DNA from: Torpedo marmorata
Taxonomy: Eukaryota
DNA length: 64,000 nt
Reading direction: 5' to 3'
Assembly (NCBI GenBank): GCA_977017645.1
Contig: OZ360221.1
Coordinates: 122,388,001-122,452,000, forward strand
This document shows positions 25,230 to 36,954 of this stretch, piece by piece. A program made the position numbers and the translations under genes. Position 1 is the first letter of the stretch; the number at the start of each line of letters is the position of its first letter. The notes beneath the pieces are model-generated. The model was not told the DNA's origin. It searched no databases and worked only from the letters and a program-made list of their open reading frames with translations.

Positions 25230-26789
25230 CAATCTTTTTATTAATCATATTATAGGTAAACAATACATGAGGAGAGTAGGAGTACAAAATCAAGAAGAAA
25301 ACAAAAACTATATATATCATCATTTGATACAGGTAGTCCTCGACTTACGACCTACGCGAGTTACGTCCACCCACACATAAGACCGAATTTTTTTTTGTAT
25401 TAAAAGCACTGTAAAAATGTTGAGATTCTTTATTACAGTATTAACTTGAAGTTCATAAAAATCGCAAAATAAAGTGTGCGACGATGCTGAACGCTCACAG
25501 CTTAACGCTGCTCAGCAGCATGTTTAAACTCGTTAGAAGTAATCATTGGACTCGGGCGTCAGGCAGGAGCGGCGGCTCAATGCGGGATCAATGGCCGTCT
25601 TCGTTACCCATAATCCCCCACGCAGCTGGAACCGCTCTGCCAGTGCCAGGGAAACGCAGAGCGGTTCCAGCTGCGTGGGGGATTATGGGTAACGAAGACA
25701 TGTTCGGGGTGTCGGGAAGCTCGGATGGGCGGGCGGCCCAGGCAAGGATCCACGGTCGGGGCATCGGGAGCTCCGGTGGGCGGGCAGCCCAGGCAAGGAT
25801 CCGCGGTCGTGCGGTCGGGAGCTCCGGTGGGCAGGCGGCCCAGGCAAGGATCCGTGGTCGGGAGCTCCGGTGGGCGGGCAGCCCAGGCAAGGATCCGTGG
25901 TCGGGAGCTCCGGTGGGCGGGCAGCCCAGGCAAGGATCCGTGGTCGGGAGCTCCGGTGGGCGGGCAGCCCAGGCAAGGATCCGTGGTCGGGAGCTCCGGT
26001 GGGCAGGCGGCCCAGGCAAGGATCCGCGGTCAGGAGCTCCGGTGGGCGGGCGGCCCAGGAAAGGATCCGCGGTCGGGGGGGCGTCGGGAGCTCGGATAGA
26101 CGGGCGACCCAGGCAAGGATCCGCGGTCAGGAGCTCCGGTGGGCGGGCGGCCGAGGCATCGGGAGCTCGCATGGGTGAGTTGTTTCATAAGGATGGGTTT
26201 CCCTTGAATTAGCTAGGACCAAAATCTAAGTAAATACAACAACTAGAGCTGGAAACAAGGCTTTAAACTGAAAATAATGTTGATGGTGGTGGTAGTGGGG
26301 GTGGCAGCAGACATGCGCGGCAGGATGAATCCGACTTTCGACCAATCCGAGTTACGACCACTCCTTCGGTCCCAATTATGGTCGTAAGTCGAGGACTACT
26401 TGTTTTACATATTGCATTACACCACAATTAACGAATATATTCTCAACTCCTCAAACTGAAATCTTTTTTAAAAAAAGGATTTTTATTTATTATATTAAAC
26501 CCCACCTCATCTAAAAAACAAAAACAAAAAAAAAACTGAGCAGCCTATCCTGAGAATTTATTAATAAAATTAATCGTCTGGTCTTCACCAACAAAGAGAA
26601 AGAAAAGAAAAGAAAATATAGTCCGGAAGGGAAAATAATTATACTAAGTAGGTCATGTGGTAATAATTTATAAAAGGTCGCCAAGTCTCTTCAAATTTAA
26701 CAGAAGTATCAAATGTAGTAAGACTCCTAACTTTCTCTTAACTTAAACATGAAATAATTTGAGAGAACCATTGAGTCAAAGTAGGTGGA
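25230..26789 (-). mobile_element. L1 3' fragment inserted in the Gypsy 5'LTR
   Basis: 13-bp TSD TTGGGTTCTTTTT (25217-29, 26790-802) at a TTTTT/AA L1 endonuclease site. L1 ORF2 C-terminal codons at ~26660-26780. Confidence 0.8.
25330..26402. mobile_element. Tigger/pogo-like MITE with an internal hairpin and a 43-bp minisatellite
   Basis: TIRs CAGGTAGTCCTCGACTTACGACC / GGTCGTAAGTCGAGGACTACTTG, with TA on the left flank. Tandem GGGAGCTCCGGTGGGCGGGCAGCCCAGGCAAGGATCCGTGGTC at ~25715-26170. Confidence 0.85.
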
Positions 26790-28124
26790 TTGGGTTCTTT
26801 TTAAACAACTACATTTATTAACTAAAGCAAACAGCACTAAGAACAGAACACACACAGACAAGACCTCATGTGGAGGCATCCATCTTGATTCTACCCAAGA
26901 TGCAACACGATTCCCAAGACGCAACACCAACTCGTCTCCGACTCCTCCTGGTGGTAGCACTCTATCACTACAGCGAGGACAGAGCAGATCTGGAAAGGTT
27001 GTTTCTCATGGTGGGAGAGTCTAGGAAAAGAGGGCACAACTTCAGAATTGAAGGACGTCCCCTTAACAGAGATGCAGAGAAATTTCTTTTGCCAGAGGGT
27101 GGTGAATCTGTTGAATTTGTTGCCACAGGTGGTTGTGAAGGCCAAGTCACAGGGTATATTTAAGGCAGAGATTGATTAGCCAGGGCATCAAAGGTTATGG
27201 GGAAAAGGCCGGGGAGTGGGGTTGAGTAGGAGAATGGGTCAGCTCATGATTGAATGGCAGGGCAGACTCGATGGGCTGAATGACCAATTTCTGCTCCAAT
27301 GTCTTATGATCTTAAGCAAGGAGTGAGGGATATCCTCATGACCATACTCTGCCATGTGGCAATTGAAGCTCACATGCACAGGTGCCAATTAGTATCTAAG
27401 CACCTGCTTCTCCACATGAAATACAAACATATACAGTAGTTGTGATGTACAGTAGCCCAAATGCATTATCTCCTTCCTCCCTTCTTAAATGGAAAGTCCA
27501 CGTCTCACTGATGCTCTTCTCTCCAGTCTCCATTTCCTGACTCTGACCATGTTCCCTGACCTGTTCCTGAACCCTGGTTCCATTGCACAACTGTCTCTAA
27601 CAAACGAATGGCCCCAACACAAAAATGACCTCTTTTCAGCTACACTCCTACCCGTTTCCATGGCCTCTGGCTCCAACTGCACGGTTAGCCCTGCTCCAAT
27701 CCCCACCCTTTTCCCAGTTCCTGCCTCTGGCTATACATATTTCCAGCTCCACCCACACAGCTACCCACAATTATGGCCACAAAGGCTATTTCTAATATCC
27801 GGGTAGCCACTTCTTTACCATTACCCTCACTTTGCCAGAATAATATTTGGCCAATTTAGGAAAGCTGTATAGAGATTTTGTAACATTATACAGTATGAAA
27901 ATAAGCCTTTCAGCTCTCCTCATCTGTACTGATCAAGTTATCTTCCTGAGCTCGCGCTATTTGCCTATATTCCGGGAGAGGATATTAACATCAGTGTCCT
28001 CTCCCAGAACAATATTTCCAAAATTTGGACCCTATTTACAGTCAGTCAGCTTCATTGTGTAGGGCACAGCTACAGACTCCTGAGGTATACACACTTGTAA
28101 GAGCTCTATCGTAGGATGAGATTC

Positions 28125-29320
28125 ATCCAGACCAGAATGAATATGCAACAGATGTCACCGACGTCATCAAGACCTGCGTGGATGAGTGTGTGCCCACGCG
28201 CAAATACCAGGTGTTCCCCAACCAGAAGCCCTGGATGAATCAGAGAATTCGCAACCTGCTGAGGGCGAGAACAAGGACGTTTAAGGCCAGGGATCGGGAT
28301 CTTTACAAGAAGTCCAGGCACGACCTGCGGAAGGCCATCTCTGAAGCAAATTGGCAATTCCGGAGGAAGCTAGAGACAGAGAGAGATACACACCAGCTAT
28401 GGCAGGGAGTGCAGGCCATTACAGCCTCACTAAAGACTGCTGTGATGCTTCACTACCCGATGAGCTGAACACCTTCTATGCCCGCTTTGAGAAGAAGAAC
28501 TAAACAGTGCCTACTAGAATCCCTGAAAAGGCTGAGGACCCTGTGATATCTGTCTCTGAGGGCGACATCAGAACATCATTCAAGAGGGTGAACCCTCGCA
28601 AGGCATCAGGCCCGGACGGCGTACCTGGCAGGGTACTGAAAATCTGCACCAACCAACTAGCCAGAGTGTTCACGGACATTTTCAACCTCTCATTGGGGCA
28701 GTCAGAGGTTCCCACCTGCTTCAAAAGGGCATCCAAGAAGAATAGTGTGAGCTGCCTCAACAACTACCGCCCAGTAGCACTAACTTCTACTGTGATGAAA
28801 TGCTTTGAGAGGCTGGTCATGGCCAGAATTAACACGTAGCTAAGCAAAGATCTGGACCCACTGCAATTCGCCTATCGTCACAATCGCTCCACAGCAGATG
28901 CAATATCGCTGGCTCTCCACTCAGCTCTGGATCACCTCGAAAACAGCAATTCATACATACGGCTGCTCTTCATCGACTACAGCCCGGCCTTCAATACTAT
29001 TATTCCCTCAGTGCTGGTCAAGAAGCTACAAACTCTAGGCCTCTGTACCCCCCTCTGCAACTGTATCCTTGACTTTCTCATCGGAAGACCAGTCAGTACA
29101 AATTGGAAACAACGTCTCCTCCTCAATGATTATCAACACAGGCGCACCGCAAGGATGCGTTCTTAGCCCACTGCTCTACTCGTTATACACCCATGACTGT
29201 GTGGCCAGGCACAATTCCAATGGTTTATCTTACATACCTGTTTGGCTGCAGCAAGTAAGAATTTTGATGCATCTGTGCATTGTAATTATGTATATGACAG
29301 TAAGCTCTCATCATTATGAA
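28125..29320 (+). mobile_element. Rex1/Babar LINE fragment
   Basis: [59 protein letters not shown]. Closely similar to 38.2-39.3 kb. Confidence 0.88.
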
Positions 29321-29407
29321 ATTAACTTCCTGTAACATTGTTTGAAATGATTAACGTTAATCTGTCCTCAGACCAGTATTCACAACATTTATGATCTACC
29401 TTATAGG

Positions 29408-30738
29408 CAGGGCCGGCGCCAGACTATTTTGCGCCCTAGGTAAGGCCAACTACTTTCACCCCCCCAAAAAAATTGCCAACTTTGATGTTCAAAAACAGAT
29501 GTTTTGTAGAAAAAATGAAAAGCACAAAACTTGAAACTGCTAAATTTATTTTAAATTGCAAGAAAAAGTAATACATTAATCTTTGATTACCTTTCTCAAA
29601 TACAAAAGAAAATATTTTGGCACACAAATCATTTTGAACTAAAGGGCACTCAGTAGAATGCATACCTCTGCCAAGGGAAGGGCAATACAACATTAAAACA
29701 TTTTACTTCACACACCTTTAAGTCTATATACCTTTCAGTGTCCATTTTTTTCCCACAAAAATGATACAGTATGAAAATGCCCCTTTGGCCCATCAAGTTT
29801 GCTCTGACTTTCCCGTAACCATTTTTACAAATCTGTGCTATTCTCTTTTTTTATTTTCCCACATTTCTATCATTTCCCTCAGATTCTACAACTCACTTAC
29901 ACACTACAGCAATGGCCAATAATCTACCTGCCCACATCTTTGAGATTCGAGAGGAAACTGATGCATCCAGAGGAAGCTCACATGGTCACAGGGAGAATGT
30001 GCAAACTGCACACAGACAGTGCCAGAGTTCAGGGAAGAAGCCAGATCGCTGGAGTTGTCAGGTAGTAGCTCTAATAATTGCTGCACTGTGAGACAGCATC
30101 AACTATAGCAATAATAAAGTTGATTACATGTCTTTTTAAGAACTGCCTGGAAGGATAGTATATCCATATTACACAACAACAACTGTGAGAACTTGTAATA
30201 CATCGATAGAGAACCCTGAGCAAAATGTAACTATACCATAGAATACTACAGCATAGAAAACAGGCCATATAATATATGCATTCATACAGTATAAATAAAG
30301 AACTGAAAGAAATGAATATTACCTTTATTCACACCTTCCTTCAAAGCCCGCCACACTACTCCACTCAACGTCAACTGAAGCGCTGCCAATCGCGCCAGAA
30401 CGACGCGCCTGCGCTAAACATTCCCTCGTCTGCGGGCCCACCGCGCACGCGCCAACCGGCCCCAGTAACTAACCCACCGCGCATGCACCAGCTGGCCCCT
30501 GTACTCAAATCCATCGCGCATGCACCAGCTGGCACTCGTGCATGCGCACAATAATAAAGATGGCCGCGCCCAGGCTAACAGACCCCGGAACGCCGACAAA
30601 TAAAGTACACTTTCGCACATTTAGCCTCTACACACCGGACGTCTGGCCACCCTGACTGCGCCCCTCTGAAGTCTGCGCCCCTCTGAGGTCTGAGCCCTAG
30701 GCAGCTGCCTAGTTCGCCTAGTGGTAGCGACGGCCCTG
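29408..30738. mobile_element. Non-autonomous hAT element (contains SINE/CR1-tail fragments at ~29770-30100)
   Basis: Termini CAGGGCCG../..CGGCCCTG and a perfect 8-bp TSD CTTATAGG (29400-07, 30739-46). Subterminal GCGCCCC repeats. Confidence 0.88.
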
Positions 30739-33700
30739 CTTATAGGGCTCATCATTTGCAGTCAACATTGTGCAGTATCGAATAAATCCCTTTTGATCTT
30801 TTAAGTGTGAATAGTTAAGAAATACAAGGCATGACTGGCTTGACAAAGTAAGTAACTGTTAAGAAATTGAAAAACTAATAAAGCTAATACGTAAGACATG
30901 AAAGTGTTATTAACCGCAATAAGGATCTTTGGTTTTGTAATTACCCGAAAAGATGTACAGCACTGTGATGTCTCTTTTTTGAAATGGCTCTCTATGCAGT
31001 GACCATTTGTGTCATAAAGCCTGAAGTCTAGCACATGTGAAGTAGCACATGTGGAGAACAGAACAGTCCCCCTGCCCCCAACAGCTATCAGGGTCTTGAA
31101 CCAGCTTTCTTCCAATCTCTTGGTCCTTCCTGTACTAGCCTAACCAGAACACTACTCCAGGAGAGCAAAGATCTATCTGCACCATTGTAACATCACATTT
31201 TGTGCAGCAACTGCAACTATTCTTCCCTTGTGTGATAATTTAATTTATATATTGTTTATTATTTTACGTACCAGTGTCGCTGCAGCAAAGAAGAAGAATT
31301 TCAGAGCATTTGTACATTGTAGTTATGTGTACGGCAATGAACTCATCTCACACTCCCTCCTTTGGGAAAATGTTAATGAGGACAGATTGCACACGACCAG
31401 ATTTAAGGAGTTGTCTGTCTGATTTACGACACACCTGCAGAAGGGCTCAGGCACGAAACGTCTTGTGCTTTCTTTGGCGGCTGCGTGACCTGCTGGGTGT
31501 CTGCAGCACTTTTGGGCAGTGCAGATTCAAAAATTCTCTCCTGCCGTTATCAGACTTCTCATTGTTTACTTTAGATTCCAGTACCTGCAGTTGTTGTGAT
31601 TTTCTCTTAAGTTTTATTTCATGACCTTCCTGTAAATCGCCCTGGGATGTTGGACCATGTTAAAGGCTCCACGTAAATAAAAGTTGATGTTGCAAGAATA
31701 GGAATGAAGAAACGACTGGGGCGTATTTCCTCACTCACACGAACCACTCCTCATGTGACAAACAAGTCGTGGTTGTTCATTTGCCCGCTGTGTAATAAAA
31801 AAAAACCTCCATCTTGAAAAAATAAACTACAGTATGCCGATAAATGAGTGAATGAATTTTACAAGTCGCCCTCCAAAACATCAGCGGGAAACAGTTTTCA
31901 CATACAGAGCAACTCGTGAAGCTCACAATACTGCTTGCCCTTGCAAAAGTAAGAAGTTTTCAATGCCATGGCAGTTGAAATGAGATCCCATTGTTTCAGC
32001 ACTCCCCGACACAAGGCCTTTTCACACCGCCGAGTTCATGTGGGCAGACCGTCCGATTTCCTGGGAACTTACCTGTAAAATGTCCAATCTGAAAAGGGCC
32101 AACCTGGCATGGTGGGTCAAAATCAACCGGGCTCCGAGACCTAGTTGTTGTGGATACACGCAGTCTTGGTACGCCGCGTATGACGTCATACGCACTATAT
32201 AAAGCGTGGCGCGGGAAACCATTGTCAGATTCGTAATAAAGGATGAATGAAGCACTACGTCTCCGTGTGCTTGTGTATATCTAAACCTAGGATACACTAC
32301 AGATTGGCGACGAGGATCGAAACGAACTTCCCTAACAAGGAAAGGGAGGAGAAGAAAAGAAGAACGAAAACCTACCACAACAGTGAGCCCCACAGGCTCA
32401 CTCACAGAGAAGAAAGAAGGAAAAATGCGGGAAACGACTCAAAATGGCGGACAGCCGTTTCGGAGAGTACAAAGACTCAGAAGACTGGTATGACTACATT
32501 GAATGATTCAATATGTACTGTATTGCCCACAATGTAGTTGATACACCAGTAACCAAGAGGAAACAAGCTCTGTTTCTAAGTGAAGTGGGAAGCAAAACTT
32601 TTAAACTTATGAAGTCCCTTTTGGCACCTGAAAGACCAAGTGCTAAGACTTATGATAAACTATGCACGGTAATAGGAGAACACCTATTTCCCAGACCAGT
32701 AATTATTGCAGAACGTTATAAGTTTTATTCCAGAAAGCAAATGACAGGCGAGCCAATAAGCGATTATTTAGCTGAATTACGCAGGCTATCAGAACGTTGT
32801 GAGTTCAGAGAATTCTTAAATGATGCATTAAGAGACCGATTGGTCATGGGTTTGGCTGACCGCAACACCCAGCAACGATTACTAAGCCTGATTTAGATAT
32901 TAAGTCTACTTATGCTACAGCGTTGAGTTTCGAAATGGCCAGCCAAAATATTGATATTATACAAGGAGAACCCTCCACTGTAGGGTTGGTTACAAAACCT
33001 AACCGACAGCAATGTTTCCGCTGCGGGAAAAGCAACCACAGCCCTGACAACTGTTATTTCAAAAAGGCCAAATGCCATTATTGCGACAAAGAAGGGCATT
33101 TTAAATCCAGATGTCCAAGCAGAAAATTGCTATACCAAAAAAGTAATAAACAAAAGCAAAAATATAGCAGACAACCTTCCAAAGTAAAAAAAAATTAGAG
33201 AAAAAGACGAAACCCCTAGCAGTGAGTCTACTAATGACTCGGAAGAGGAAAAAGCGGTTGATATAACACAGGCAGTGGATGTAATGCATGTCCGCAGTGT
33301 GGGGGACAAGAAGTCTGAAATTTATGTAGATGTTAAGATCAATGGCAAACATATTCGAATGGAATTAGACACCGGAGTATCGGTAACTCTAATGCCAAAA
33401 AACATATTATTCGAATTGTTGCCCAACCTTACCATAAAACAATCTGACATACTACTAAGAACAGTCACAGGGGAAAAAGTCAAAGTGATTGGTAAATGCA
33501 AAGTTAAGGTCGAATATAAGGGTAAGATCTCAAAAGACTTACCCATCGTCATTATTGACGCAAAGGGAAAAGCCTTGTTCGGAAGGAACTGGTTATCACA
33601 CATCCAATTGGATTGGATGGAAATAGGGTCAGTACTGAAGATACAGACGGAAAATGAACCAAAACTGACACAAGTGCTGAAGAAGTATCAAACCTTATTT

Positions 33701-34285
33701 GGGAAAAGCCTGGGGAGAATCAAAGGAGCTGAAGCAAAATTACAATTGAAACCTGAAGCTGAACCAAAGTTCTATAGCCAAGGACAGTGCCTTTTGCAAT
33801 AAAAGGAAAAATTGAGGCGGAACTCAACAGATTAGAAAACGAGGGAATCATTGAAAAGCTTCAATATAGTGACTGGGCAGCTCCCATTGTGCCAGTCCGA
33901 AAACCGAATGGAGAAATCCAAATTTGCGGAGATTATAAAGTCACTGTGAATCAAGCTCTGCAAGTACCGGAACATCTCATGCCAAGAGCGGAGGAATTAT
34001 TCCAATCCCTAAATGGTGGGAAAAAGTTCACTAAGCTGGATTTATCTCAAGCGTATCAACATTAAATTGGATGAAACATCAAAGAAATATGTGGCAATCA
34101 ATACCCATTGGGGATTATTCACGTATACGAGAATGCCATACGGAATATCAGCAGCTCCTGCAATATTTCAAGCAATCATGGACAAATTATTGCAAGGGAT
34201 AAATGTAGGGTGCTACCTGGATGATATTATTATCACAGGGCGGGACGATGCAGAGCACTTATCAAACTTAGAAAAAGTCTTAGAC

Positions 34286-35847
34286 AATAGACAATAGGAG
34301 CTGGAGTAGGCCCTTCGGCCCGTCGAGCCAGCACCGCCATTTTACAGATCATGGCTGATCACTACTATCAGTACCCCTTACCAGCCTTATCCCCATAACC
34401 CTTAACTCCTCTGCCCACTAGAGTCTTATCTAACTCTCTTTTGAACATAATCAGCGAATCTGCCTCTACCACTCTCTGTGGCAGAGCATTCCACAGATTC
34501 ACACTTCTCTGGGTAAAAAAATTTTTCCTCATCTCCGTCCTAAAGGGCCTTCCCTGTATTCTTAAACTATGCCCTCTAGTCCTCGTCTCTCCCATCATTG
34601 GGAACAAGTAATCTGACTTCACCCTGTCTATCCCCTTGATAATTTTGTATACCTCAATCATGTCCCCCCTCATCCTTCTAAACTCCATCGGATATAAGTC
34701 CAGTTTTTCTAACCTTTCAGCATATGTCAACCCTGCCATCCCTGGAACTAACCTTGTAAATCTGCGCTGCACACCCTCTATAGCTAGTATGTCCTTCCTC
34801 AAATTTGGAGACCAGAACTGGATGCAATACTCCAGGTGGGGTCTCACCAGGGCCCTGTACAACTGCAGAAGGGCGTCTCTGCTCCTATACTCCAATCCCC
34901 TCTTTATGAAAGCCAACATGCCATTTGCCTTCTTCACAGCTTTCTGAACCTGCATGTTAGCCTTCAGTGACCGGTGAACAAGTACACCCAGATCCATTTG
35001 CACTTCCCCACTCCCTAGCTTGTCTCCATTTAAATAATACTCAGCTTTCCTATTACTGCCCCCAAAATGGATAACCTCACATTTGCTCACATTGAACTTC
35101 ATCTTCCATTCTTCAGCCCACTCCCCCAACCTGTCCAAGTCTCTGCATTTTCCTGACATCCTCTTCACACTTTACACCGCCACCCAGTTTAGTGTCATCT
35201 TCAAATTTGCTCATGTTATTAATAATCCCATCATCCAAATCATTTACATAAATGACAAACAAATGAGGACCCAACACCGATCCCTGCGGCTCTCCACTCG
35301 TCACATCCTGCCATCCTGAAAAAGACCCGCTTACCCCAACCCTTTGTTTCCTATTTCTTAACCAACTTCCTATCCATGTCAGCACCTTACCTTCAATACC
35401 ATGCTCCCTGATCTTGCCCACTAGTCTCCCGTGCGGTACCTTATCAAAGGCCTTCTGGAAGTCCAAATACACCACATCCACTGGCTCTCCCAAGTCCACC
35501 CTTTTTGTCACATCTTCGAAAAATTCCAGAAGGTTAGTCAAGCATGACTTACCCTGAAGGAATCCATGCTGACTAGCCCTTATACTATTATTTCTGCCTA
35601 AGTGTTCTGCTATTACTCCTTTTATGATAGATTCCAATATCTTCCCCACCACTGACGTCAGGCTGACCGGTCTATAATTTCCCGTTTTCTCCCTCCCTTC
35701 TTAAAAAGCTGCACCACATCAGCCACTCTCCAATCCACAGGGACCTCCCCCGAATCTATGGAGCTTTGGAAAATGTCGACCAGTGCCTCCACAATTTCCA
35801 GAGCAACCTCTTTAAGTACCCTGGGATGCAGCCCATCAGGCCCTGGG
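34286..35847 (-). mobile_element. CR1 LINE 3' part inserted in the Gypsy RT
   Basis: ORFs 35113-35652 and 34368-35168 carry CR1 RT/C-terminal motifs, with the tail AATAGACAATAGGAGC on the left. Confidence 0.92.
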
Positions 35848-36954
35848 GACTACAACAAGCGGATGTCCGCCTGCGCAAAGACAAATGTGTATTTATGGTA
35901 CCCTCCGTAACGTATTTGGGATTTACAATTAACAGTGAAGGCGTACAAATGAATGCGGCAGGTACCGAAGCCGTCCGCAGAGCACCCTGCCCAACAAACA
36001 GAGCAGAACTACAATCGTTCTTAGGTTTAGTCAACCATTATCAGAAACACATCCCAGACATGTCCACCCTGTGCAACCCACTGAACCAGTTGCTAAGAAA
36101 AGACCAGAAATGGTGTTGGAGTACTAAAACAAATGACGCCTTTAACCGGTTAAAGAAACTATTAACCTCAAGCAATAATGTACTCGTCCACTACGATCCG
36201 AACAAAGACGTGACCCTAGCGGTGGATGCCTCACCAGTGGGTTTAGGAGCAGTGTTATCACAAATCACCGAAAAGGGAGAACAACCAGTGGCTTACGCAT
36301 CTCGGTCCTTGACAGCTTGTGAACGCAATTATGCACAATTGGAAAAAGAAGGACTGGCCATAATATTCGGAATCAAAAGATTTCACCAATACTTGTATGG
36401 GAGGAGATTCACCTGAGTAACTGACAACAAACCACGAAGTTTAATTTTAGGGCCTAAAAAGGGCATTACGGTATTAGCGGCAACAAGAATCCAAAGATGG
36501 GCCATAATGCTCGCCGCTTACGATTATGAGTTGAAACATAAACCAGCAACACAAAACGGACATGCTGATGCTTTATCACGTTTACCACTACCAGAAACGA
36601 AACAAACAGAAGAGATAATCCATTGGACAGCAGAGGCAACAGCTGTTAACCAAGAACAGCTTCGCCATCTGCCCATTACAGCCAAAATAATCAGCAAAGA
36701 AGTAAGAAACGAACCAACACTGGCCAAAGTCTTGTATTTTACATTAAATGGATAGCCAGAAGGGGACACTATTTCTCCAGACCTTAAGCCTTACTATACC
36801 CGACGTAATGAGATAACTATCGAAGAAGGTTGTTTATTGTGGGGTGCCAGAATGATTATTCCAAGAAAATGGCAGAAAGACATACTTGCAGAGCTTCATG
36901 ACAATCATCCTGGAATGGTCCGAATGAAAGCGTTAGCACGAATGCATGTTTGGT

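Larger units (their letters stand above)
18279..26972 (-). mobile_element. Gypsy LTR retrotransposon, full-length but degenerate. 3'LTR 18279-18492; 5'LTR 25186-26972 (interrupted by L1)
   Basis: TG..CA LTRs of ~214 bp, TSD GCGTG/GCGAG, and PBS TGGTATCAGGAGTGG (tRNA-Leu-like). Minus-strand gag (24586-24963), protease FKLDTG, RT YMDD, RNase H TDASKDG..YAQIEKE, integrase GIPQIVYSDNGP. Confidence 0.92.
13385..27315 (+). mobile_element. CR1 LINE split into three pieces (13385-14148, 17970-18278, 26973-27315) by Harbinger and Gypsy insertions
   Basis: The RT motifs (PVSLTSVVGKMLESI, CLTNLLEFFE) and C-terminal codons read continuously across both insertion sites. 3' tail at ~27.2-27.3 kb. Confidence 0.85.

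Noticed and set aside
25484-26212. 242-aa and overlapping GC-rich ORFs
   Set aside because: Artefacts of the 43-bp tandem array in the Tigger-like MITE.
29770-30100. tRNA gene
   Set aside because: Only a degenerate SINE-like fragment; no intact cloverleaf could be seen.
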